Source: Pocillopora damicornis (taxonomy: Eukaryota). Taken from it: a stretch of 64,000 nucleotides of DNA. Of this stretch, positions 26,001 to 36,830 are shown piece after piece. The notes beneath the pieces were generated by a model that did no database searches, had not been told where the DNA came from, and saw only the letters and a list, made by a program, of their open reading frames with translations. Where the stretch lies: NCBI RefSeq assembly GCF_003704095.1, contig NW_020846753.1, positions 186,001-250,000 of the forward strand, given 5' to 3'. A program made the position numbers and the translations under genes. How positions within the stretch are numbered: the first letter of the stretch is position 1; each line of letters opens with the position of its first letter.

Positions 26001-29000
26001 GTAAAATTTGAAACGACACCATCAATTGGGTCAGTATTCAAATCTTTCAGTTCTGCCCTTGATATTACCATGGTTAAATTATGAAAATAGTTGAATTTTA
26101 AAAAGCGCAGGCTTTAAATTCTTACGTTTTAACCTGTCAAATATCATTGTTTAACATGTTAAAAATTATTAGAATACTGCAAAACCACGTTATATTTTTA
26201 CTTAATTGTCACGATATAATACTCTAAGAGTTCATAGACAGACAGAAAAATGAAAAATGACATGAGATTTCACGTTTTTCCTATTTCGACGATCGTTTGT
26301 TTCTCCTTTCGTCATCTCAGCTTCGGTTTTCGCTTGTTTACCATTCATTCGCTGTTTCTTCAAAAATTGATAGCCTGAATTCACACGTTTCAATGAACAG
26401 GCAAATGCGGTGGTTCGCTATCTGCTTCATCTGGGAACTTTGCATCTCCAAATTATCCCAGTAAGTACCCCGACAATGCTGACTGCATCTGGATCATTCC
26501 TGTACCAAAAGGATCAACGTTAAAGATACAATTCGTTTACTTTTTTATGGAGCGAAGGTTAGTCATAATTTATTTTCTGAAATAAATAGTGGAGGGGGAC
26601 TCCGACAAGGAAAAATGGCGCAGCAGCGTTTTCGAATGACCATAATTGACCTTAGCTTCCGCGTTGGCACTTTTAATAATAAACGTATTTCTTGAGATTA
26701 ATTAAGAGGAGATCTTGAGAAAACTGTTATTTCTAAACTGTTTTTTCTTTGTAACATTTACCTTTTTTAAAACGCTTTCACCGAAACGTGTCAAAAATAC
26801 CGTTCCTAACTGTGATTTAACGCGAGTTATAAGCATTGCTTTTATTATTTTGCCAATCTTTTTTTAGATATGATTATGTAAAAATCTCTATGGGCCGACG
26901 ACTGCTTCGCCGTTTGACTGGAAGTCCTCGAAAAAGGGATAAGGTGATTTCCATAAAAGGAACTAGCGAGGTGGTTCGTGTTGCTTTCAAATCTGACCGC
27001 AGCGTTTCGAAGAGAGGGTTCTTTGCCAAATACAATGTGATGAAAGGTGACTCACTCTAAAAATCCTATATCAAAATCAATCTGTTAAATGGGGCACCTT
27101 GACGTTATAAGAACCAATAATTATCTTAACCTCTGAGTTAACAACAACGCCCTAAATGTCCCCTTATTTTCTCCTACATCACAGTATCGTGTTTTGAAAA
27201 GTAAATTTTTTATCTCTAATCACCTATTGTGCGAGAAGCTTTGCAGAGGTTTTATTTATTCTTCTACATCCATCCAACCTTGTCCAGTAGATTAATACTG
27301 TTCATGATAATGATAGTTATGTGATTAGTAGGAACCGAACCTGGGAATAAGTTCAACCGTCCTCTGGTATTCCATTTCATCAAAGCAAGTCATATAAACC
27401 CTCTCGATTGATAATGGTAATAGGACTTATTGGAGTCGAATTTGGTCTGTAATCTTACGAGTGATTGGCAAAGTCGGACGACCGCGAAGCCGGAATCCGG
27501 TTTCTTAATCACGACTATGATTACAGACAGAATTGGACGACACGAAGTCTTGTTACCAATTAATCAAAACTATGACAAAAATTTGAGAAAGAAACTAGAC
27601 GTAGGTTATACATTTTCACAAAAAACACAAAGTTAACTCAGTTAAATGCCTTCCGATGAGACAAACCGCACGCACATGACATGACGTGTTAACTGTCTCT
27701 TAGCTGTTCTATTACACTGTTCAATTACAAGCATGACGCGTGTACTATTCTATTAGTGCTCAAATCGGGCTGGTGATAACCAATCACGTTCGAGAATTTT
27801 TTTATAGTTTTGATTAACGTTTAAATTTACATTCATTTCAGCACGCAGCTGTGGAGGAACTTTACCTGGTTCCTCTGGTAGCTTCAAATCTCCAAATTAC
27901 CCTGCAAACTATCCAAACGACGTCCACTGCAAATGGACCATACATGTTCCGCGTGGAGCACTGCTTAGACTGAATTTTCGAACCTTCGAAACTGAACGCT
28001 GGTAAGTAATAAGAAATAATGGATACCGATTGAGGGCATGTTTTAAGTCACTCATCTTAACGTTTGTGTTTGATTTCTTTTCAGTAATGATTACGTAAAG
28101 ATATACCGAGGTCGTCGCTTGATTCGTCGACTGACGGGTCGATATGATCGCAACGGCAGGTACAGAGGCGGCGATGATACAAGATCTGTGTTTCAGCATG
28201 ATGATGATTGTGGCGATGACGATGACGATGACGACGACGACGACGACGACGATGATGATGATGACGACGACGACGACGATGATGATGAACGCGACAAGGA
28301 TGATGATATTGACGACTATAATGATGTTATAGATGACGATGATAGTAATATCCTACACGAAAATCCTGATGATGCTGTTAGCTTTTCAAAGAGGAAGTAT
28401 AGTAGATATAACCGTGTCCAACGAGCAAAGAATCGCTATAGGTCCAGGATAAGAAATCGCAAAGGATCCCGAATGAGAGGCCATCAACGCTTCTTGTATA
28501 TAACTCGGATTCGGGGAACGGGCGAGAAGATATCGATTATATTTAAAGCAGATCGCCGAAATACCGGAAAGGGCTTTTATACAACGTATTATGTTTCAAA
28601 AGGTAGTGAAAAATAAGTAATTTAATTACTCAACTCCAATGAATTTTTTAATACATTCTACCAAAATACACCATACAGGAATCTTTATCAATAATATAGA
28701 GCAGGAAAGCTGCTGACCTATTGTTATTTAATATTACCTAAAATCAATAATCTTTTTCACATGTTTATCATTGAGGTTAATAATATTTATTTGCAATGAT
28801 AATAAGCCGGAGTGGAGTCCAGTTAATAATAGTAATTGAACTGAGTGGAGTGCAATTTGGGCTGAAATCACAAGTATGATTTCAGGTCAAAAGTGCACGA
28901 CACTAGGTTCAATTATCCCTTTATTACATCCATTTTGAAATCGCCCAAATACAGGAATTGGTCAGTTCAAATATTTTATTGATGTAGTACTGAGCCGGTC

Positions 29001-29477
29001 TGAAATTAAATTCATCCATTTTTTGGGAGAAAGAGTAAATTTTTGGAAACAAAATTTGCAAAAATTTGGCACATGATGCTCTTTGTCTTTTATTTTCCTG
29101 AAATTTGATCGGTTACTTTAAACAAGCCTTGAAATCTGATTGGTTGTTTTGTTCTTAGAGTAGCCTCCTCATTGACTGGGAAGAAGGTGCGATTTAAAGC
29201 AAAAAATGGTGCGATTCGTGAATAAATCGCATCAATTAGAGCCAATTAGATTACAGGGACCACCAGTGTTTTCAAAATGGGTGTAATGAGGCCTGTAATC
29301 ATAGGAGTGATAGGAGAAATCGAACGAACGCGAAGCACGGAATCCGATTTTTTAATCACTAGTATGATTACAGACAAAACCAACCACGTTCGAAAATTTT
29401 GTTACGGCTCTGATTAAAATTGAAATACTGATGAAATCATTTTCTTCAAATTTCTCGCAGTTCATTCAGGCCGTTGA
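23037..29477 (+). CDS. Gene D: secreted LU-mucin-CUB-CUB protein; CUB1 has no insert, CUB2 has a D24 + Arg-rich insert (~509 aa)
   Basis: Exons 23037-23060 (MKKILLVL), 24990-25104, 25520-25879 (12-Cys LU, CCHTQECN), 26401-26557, 26868-27046, 27842-28001, 28085-28602 and 29461-29477 (VHSGR*). Total 1530 nt, open frame, same intron phases as gene C. Confidence 0.87.
23329..23505. mobile_element. Inverted-repeat element with hammerhead-like core (Penelope-like/retrozyme-type remnant)
   Basis: 34-bp arms at 23329-23362 and 23472-23505 (4 mismatches). The minus strand of 23371-23404 reads CTGACGA-AGGAGTAAAGCTC-GAAAC-GTCAG. Confidence 0.5.
27412..27817. repeat. Interspersed repeat (MITE-like) in gene D intron
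   Basis: Shares blocks (GGAATCCG..TTAATCAC..TATGATTACAGACA; CAxCACGTTCGA..TGATTAA) with 28795-29417. Confidence 0.6.
28795..29417. repeat. Second copy of the same repeat, interrupted by a ~460-bp related element
   Basis: The 5' end (GAGTGGAGTCCA, ~28809) and its continuation (CTGTAATCAT, ~29293) match 27412-27817 and flank an insert that begins GAGTGGAGTGCAATTTGG. Confidence 0.5.
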
Positions 29478-30659
29478 GTGGTCGAGTCCTCGGAAAAGTG
29501 AATCCTCTGGAGGTTTGCGGATGGTGTTGTCAGTATCAAGCTGATTTTCGTTTACTTTAGGTTTCCATCTAATTTACTGTATGATTTCATTTTAGCTTCA
29601 AAAAAACAAAAAAAAGAAAATAAATATTTCTAGTCCTTTATGAGAATTTCTCCAAGGTATCATGAAACTGATCCGAATGTTTTCTACTTACTTTTCTGCA
29701 TATGTCTGTGCTTGAATTGGCCATGGATAAAAATGTGAGCCAGAATGCAATTCGCCTTTTCTACAAATTTTCAATTTTCTCCTCTCTTCCTTTGGCCTAT
29801 TTTTCCTTAATTATCCTTCGGTTTCAGGCCATGAAAACGATAAATTACTCTTATAATCAACTGATTAGAGTTTACATTACATATGATATGGTATTCATTA
29901 GGTAAAATGCGAAACACCTTTAAGAGACCTAGTCAATTACCTAGGATGAAAAATAACTCTGGGAAAGTTCTACAAATGTCTTATTTAACAAATTGTGATT
30001 TTCATATAAACACAAACAGCTAGCTTAGAAGCTCATCGTTTCCATATAGTACCGGTCTACTCAATGCTGTTATGAGTAATCGATGTCTTTCGACATAAGT
30101 AAGTTTGGTTCAAACAGAATTTTCATTAAAGAGAGGGTGATACTTCCTACCTATTTTAATACGATTAATTTAACACTTGCACAATTCCTTTTTCCATGTT
30201 ATTCGTACATTTAACAAATGGACTCCTTCTTGCTGTGCCAAGGATGTACTTGACACATTTTGATGTATTTTGTGATCTATTCCTGAACGGAACCACGACA
30301 ACATGAATTCCATTTGTTTTATCTTATGACGAAGCAAACAACTGTTAATTGCGATGTCATTTATGTGTTTGTCCTCCAAAACAACATTAGCATAAACCAA
30401 TCAAAATGTGTGCGTCAATTCAGCTGCTTACATAGATGTCTTCTGTTATGTTTATTTTCCGATAAACCCACGAATTTACTTTCATCTATTATTAGTTCGT
30501 TCGCATTGGCTAAATGAAGAGAAGAGACGGTAAACATTTAGTAACCGGATTACAAAGTTTACACTGGAGAAAACCGAATAATTGAGAGAGAGCTCATAGT
30601 CATATGAACGTTGTCCTGGCCTCCCTGGATTGTTTCTTCGTTTTGAACTGCTTTGCAGG

Positions 30660-31583
30660 ATGATCAACTTTACTGAGAAATTGAAGGACGAAGAAGACAA
30701 CTTAAACGAATACAAGAGAATCATTCTCATTAGTAATGGATCCTTCTCGATTTTTCTTGCAACATTCATCTGTGTCGTAAACGCTGTTATCATCTTTGCA
30801 ACTGCCAGACATCCTTTGCCTGCAGTTAAAGTAATCGATCAAATCCACAAGGCTTTCTTCTACGCTAACATTATGGATGCTACATTGTTTCTACCATATT
30901 TTGGAGTCGCTGAACTTTTACATGGTCTTGGTATTAGCGAGAAGAAAGATCTTTTTCCGAGCTATTTATCTTCAGCGTTCCTCGTTTTCGCGCAATCTAA
31001 AGTGCAAGTCACCTTCATCATTTTAATTGAGCGCGGTGCTGCTTTTAATTCTCCCCATTTCCATCGCCGAATAACAAAAAATAATAGAATTTTCATGGTG
31101 TTACTGACTGTAGTGTTATTCTCGTTGCTTTTCGTCGGACTATCTTTTGTAGGGATGAAAGAAACCGTCTACTTCAGCATTCATATTCATCTCTTCTTTA
31201 CCGCGCCGCTTTTGTTTATTCTCGTTACGACTTTCGTCACTTACTGGAAGCTGAAAAATAGAAACCGAATTGTGAGTAGCGAGATTCCTCCGTCTATGGA
31301 ACAGTTGGAATTCCACAAGAAACGGAGCGTACGCTCAGCCAGAAGATATTTGATCGTCATAGCCTCACTCATGATACCGATGTTTCTATGTATTTCGCCG
31401 TGGTATGTTGTCACACTCGTTAAAGTGAACGCCAACCACGTTTATTTAACAAACAATTTAAGGTTTCTCTGGCAAAGATTTTCCATAACGCTATTGTTTC
31501 TACCAGATGTTATTGGCCCCATAACTCTCACCCTTCGTTTTAAAACATATTATAACTCAGTTAAAAGCCTTCTACGAAGATAA
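30660..31583 (+). CDS. Intronless divergent class A (rhodopsin-like) 7TM receptor, orphan
   Basis: Long ORF from ATG 30660 with an N-terminal NFT sequon and ~7 hydrophobic segments. It has IER at the end of TM3 and PWY in TM6, and shares LPYFG and KLKNR with the neighbouring paralogues. Confidence 0.75.
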   Translation: MINFTEKLKDEEDNLNEYKRIILISNGSFSIFLATFICVVNAVIIFATARHPLPAVKVIDQIHKAFFYANIMDATLFLPYFGVAELLHGLGISEKKDLFPSYLSSAFLVFAQSKVQVTFIILIERGAAFNSPHFHRRITKNNRIFMVLLTVVLFSLLFVGLSFVGMKETVYFSIHIHLFFTAPLLFILVTTFVTYWKLKNRNRIVSSEIPPSMEQLEFHKKRSVRSARRYLIVIASLMIPMFLCISPWYVVTLVKVNANHVYLTNNLRFLWQRFSITLLFLPDVIGPITLTLRFKTYYNSVKSLLRR

Positions 31584-33376
31584 CAATTCGTCGCAGTATG
31601 AATGATTTTGCTTCTCTTAAATGATCATTAAGAACTTCCACAGAACCACTCGTTTTAATTCTATCATTGCTTCCTTGAAAATTTCCGTTCTTTCTTTCGT
31701 GAAAGGATCTCCGCATTCGTGAGAGATTTTCCCCCATTCGGGAGTCTGATTAATAATATTGATAGAGATGCCAACCTTGCCGCATCAGCTTCATTCCTTT
31801 GTTAGAGATTAAAAATAAAAAACGATGGCTGTTTTTGTTTTCAAAACATCTAAAATACAGACTTGGTCGGTAGTGATGGCGCCAATTCATTTGAAAGGAG
31901 GGAACATGTCTGTTCTCTTCAAGAGCTTTTATTTGATTTATCGATTGACAGTCAGGGAAAAATTACAATTTAAATATTGAGGGTTAAGACAGATGTTGGG
32001 AGATAATTTTTTAACAGGTTAGTGAAAGGGATTTGGCCCTTTACAATGATGAAATAATCCATCAAAACATGAAGCTTAATTCCACCTAGAAAAGAAAAAC
32101 ACAGCGCTTTTTGTTATCGTTCATAGAGGGTCCTTGACTGGACATTCATTTTTGACTTTTGGAATTGATATCGATCGTTTGTATTTTCAACAAAAGCCAC
32201 CTTGAAGGGAAAGACGAAGGCATCAGACGCAGTTCTAAAAATTATCATATTGCTTCTGATTTAGTGATAAAACTAAATATATTGGTAAAACAGATAAGAA
32301 ACATTCAAAGCGAAGCATGGATAACCCATGATTGTTCGTTATTTTTTTTTACATCTCTCGCCGTGGGGAGAATCCCTTACATGGAATTTTACATGCTATA
32401 CGCCTCTAACAAGATTTACGGGCAGATGACATTCGAAACATAAAATTATTGTGAGACCCCTGCTGGTTGTTAGGAGGGACTACTGTATTGAGACAAGCGA
32501 TTAGTTTATAATCTCCTTATGGAGGTCGATAAACCTTAGCCAGTTCACCATTGCACAGGATAAAAATAACCCTTTCCATTGATCTGATTCATTTTATCTC
32601 ATTTCTTTCATTTTATTTTACTTTTGGTTGCAGATTCAAAATAAATTTGAAAGAAACATTGATGGTGAAAATAGATAACAAACTTCCTAGTGTCCAGAAA
32701 CAAATTAAACTGCAGACGCGAGGCTCCAGAAGCTGACAATACTTTGTTTACTAAGCTTTTTATTTTTAATTTTAAACAAGTGTGGTTTTTCCCATCTCCT
32801 TAATTCTGGCGTACAAATGCTATTCAAACGGCTATTGCAGCTACAAAATTTGCATCATGAATCGCCATGATGTTGATGCAATGAATGTGGAGGTTAAAAT
32901 GGATGGACTTGGGTTAATTTATAGCACAAATTGTACCTTCTTATAGAAAATAATGAGGGCCAAGGAAAGATGAAACTTTTGGTTGAAATGGAGTTTTATT
33001 TGCACAAACGGATTCTGGTCAATTCAAGTCTCCATTAAGGAATTTATTTCTTATGCTTCACAGATTTACTTTTCGTATGTAAACATTTAAAATTCACCCA
33101 GAAAAAGGTATAGTGATCTCGACAGTAATTTAATTGATCGACGTTTCAGGGATACAGACTACTGGATTTTGTGTGTCAAGTAATTTCTCGTTTGCAATGA
33201 GTATTTTATTTAAATAGACATAATATATTCAGATTTTCACCAAATACTGCTTTTTGAAACTGTCATAACTTACAGCAGATGCCATTTTGGTAATGAACAT
33301 CGCCTCCGAACTCTCCAAAAAACATTTAGAGGCTTGAAAAGCACTGAAGGTTTCAGTCAAACAAAATCACTTCGCC

Positions 33377-34272
33377 ATGGGATTCCATGCCACGGTTTTG
33401 CTTGTAAATGGAGCGATTTCACTTGTTTTTGCTTCAGTGGCATTGGTGGGAAGTACAATCATGATCATCGCAGTTGTGAGGAATCCTTTAAACGTGATTA
33501 GAAAACCCCTCCATAGCATCGAAGATACTGGTCTCGTGCTTTCTTTCTTGGTCGGTACAGTTCTTCTTCCGTATTTTGGCATAACTGAGATTCTTCAAGG
33601 CGTAAAAAATAACTCAGATTCACTTGATTTTCCTAGCGTCGTTTTACTGTTTACGGATTTTTTGATCGCTTCCAAGTTAGCAGTCGAATTGGGCATCAAC
33701 ATTGAAAGGCATCTGGCGTACGTGCACCCGCAATTTCACCGAGCAAAAGTTACCAATCGAGCAACTTTTTTTACCTCTCTTTTGTGTGTCACATTTTTCT
33801 TCCTGTTTTCGTGTTTGTCTTTCTCAGGAATCGATGAAAAGATATACTACATCGTCTCTCTCCACGTGTGTTGCACTTGTTCGTGGTTCTTGTTCGTTTT
33901 GGTGAGCTGGTTAACCTACTAAAACTCAAGAACAGGGCAAACAGCATCAGGACAGCACCAGCTCAACCAAACCCGTTGCCCCAAGCACGAGAAAAAGCTG
34001 ATTTTGAAAGAGCCAGAAACGTATTGGCTGCTAAAAGGCATTTACAAAAGCTCGCCAAGAACTATATGCCTCTAGTAATTTCAATTATTCCGTGGTACAT
34101 AATAAAATGCGTGGCTATCGCTTGCAAAATTTGTTTGGAAAACAAGGCAGGGTTTCTATCGTAGCTTATTACTATACCCCTGGCTTTTGTTACCGATGTT
34201 TATTACCCGGTGTGGAGGATTTTCAACGGAAAATATAGCAATACCGTCAAATATATTTTATGTGGTAACTGA
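33377..34272 (+). pseudogene. Disrupted paralogue of the orphan 7TM receptor
   Basis: Collinear with 36831-37712, but has a 1-bp deletion at ~33920 (TAC T-A AAA CTC vs TAC CGA AAA CTC) and an in-frame TAG at 34162-34164 (paralogue CAA). Homology continues to ...TVKYILCGN* at 34272. Confidence 0.8.
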
Positions 34273-36830
34273 TCTAATTAATTGGGGGCATGCACGTACG
34301 ATGATCATAAGTTTCCGATGATCAGTTGTTCTCTGACATTTGTATGAAAAAATTAATGCACATAGGACCTTCCATTAAGAAAGCTAAATAGATGATAACT
34401 AAAATGAAATATTTACAGATAAGATTTGCATACAATTTAGTAGAGGTAACAACATGATTGTCCTTGAAAAATGTACTCGTGCTCATTAACACCAAATTGT
34501 ACGAGAAATCATTCTGTTACTTTTTAATAATTTACGTGAAAAACGATCATACAAAGTCAAGACGGACGAAATTTTGGCAGCGCGCGCTATTTTTAATTTG
34601 CACTCGTGTTACATGAAAAATGCACTCGTTTTCAGCCCATCAGACGGGCGTAATTTTTTCCTGTATATTACTGCGCACTCCAAAGATCTCATTAGTAATT
34701 CTCCTAACTGTCTGCCTTATAGCTCTACTGATGTTAGTTTGGAGAATTTGGTATTGGATCAACTGGTAATCCCCTCATTGATATTTTTATTCATTCACAC
34801 CACTTGTTTGCATGATATTGTATTGATATTGTTAGGAGAAATTACGTCTTGGTCACTCATGGGAGTTAAAGGGTTAAAGACAGTTAATTATGAGATTTCA
34901 TTTTCATAATTCAAAACTGTTAGAGACTCATCGCTAGCGATAGACCAGCAAAAGCAAATCTATTTTTTCTTGTGGAATAGCATTTGTTCAATTGTTTCCA
35001 TTAATGGATTACATTTAATTACACTTTCTTTATTTATATTGCGAGGAAAATTACAAAGAGCTTTAGCTTCCATTATCAAATTTTATATCAGTAATCACTC
35101 TTAAATACATCTTAAAAGATATGATGGTTATCACATTTTAACGTCTAAAATTCATAGCTGTGAGATTTTTACTTTCTGATGTTGGTCGCTTATTTAGTTC
35201 AGTTCAAATTGGCCCAATTTTAAACGTCGGTCTTGACTGTTCTGTTCTCGTTGGACAATTCACTCAGATTAATGTGAGGAAAAATTGAGAGAATTGAAGT
35301 TTTACATTTGTATGGAGGAGTTCTTAGCTATGTTTTGAAAGTATTGCATAGTGAACTTGAGCAAAATTAAGTAATTAGTACCTGCTTTGTTGTTTAAGTT
35401 GTTTCATTGAATAGTGTACCTGTTTTGTGAATTATTAAACAGGAGAATTCATCTCATTTCTGAATGCATATCGACTGTATTGCCACATTTTCTGTCCATT
35501 CCTGTTAAAATTGAACAACTCACTAAATTATATCTTATATTCTTTCTTCACTTTCGTGTGCAAGGGAAGTCTGCAACGCTTTGCCAACAGAAAAAAACAT
35601 TTTCCTGACGTTGAGGTAAATAATAATTATACCCCCAAACTTAATGATCTCAAAGTATCCCCGCGTTTTGGGTAGTCCCGAGTATCCCCGATTTCGTTTT
35701 ACTGAAAGTGAACTAAACAAGAGACTGGGGTGAGTAACATGGTGTCCAATGTTGACTCATCGTGAACTACAAAAATTGCTTTCTGAAGTCAGAGAAATTG
35801 CTCTTCTATCTAAGTAACACCAGAAATGTCCGTCACTACTGGGTTTGAGAAAAAGAGCGATCAGTCAGATGATTTTGGTCAATTGCTTCCATAAAGTCGG
35901 ACACCGAATCCGCTGAAAAGAGAGATCTTGGTACTGAATAACCAAATTTACCAAAAAGGAAATTTAATAGTTCGGTTCACCATAAGAAAATGATAATTAT
36001 GAAAATCAATGCAAAAATTGTTCTTATCAGAAGCCTGCGTATGCTTCTACCAATGATTTAAAGCTACATCTACGTTCATTCAAATGATTTATTTTCAAAA
36101 TTTTGACAGAGAAAATCGATTGTTGTTCAGCAACTGTTCATTTGCCACAAGCTTTTTATACCTTGCCGAAATGATTTTAACAAAATTTAAAGTCTTTCAC
36201 CTACCGAAAGAAAGCTGATAAAATATTTTGAACTAATGTAAGTATACTCTGTCAAAATTATGTAAATGTTATATTTTCCATCGAGAAAAAGACAGATCTC
36301 TCAAAAATGGAAAAACGAATTCAAAGTCTCTCGCCATACGTTCCTAAGCAAACATTCTCAGCTCTTTTGAAAATGGACCCTAGATTTGACAAGTGATTGA
36401 CTTAGATCCCGATGTAAACAGATCTCCCGCTAAGGAAAAGAAAAGAATTTTTTTTTTTGTAGCTTGTTGAGTTAACGTTTGAAAAACTATAGAACTGTTA
36501 ATAATTAAATTTGCCTGATCAGTTTTTTGGTTAAAGGTCGTATTTGATGGCTTTTCGTCGGAAAAGTTAATTTCCTATGCACTAATTACATTTCATAGAC
36601 ACTCCATTAATAACAACCGGGAAACATTAAAAAATATATTTGCTACTATCCATAATTTCATGCACGTACAGATGTAATATATTCAATAATTTTTCAAACT
36701 CGCAGTTCTCACTGTCATGTCCATAAGCAGATGGTTACATACTGTCAATAAAGATCCCTAACACGTAATTACAACATTTGATCATGACGGTTCGATGAAG
36801 AGGCTAAAAAATATCTCGCTTAGCTGAGAA

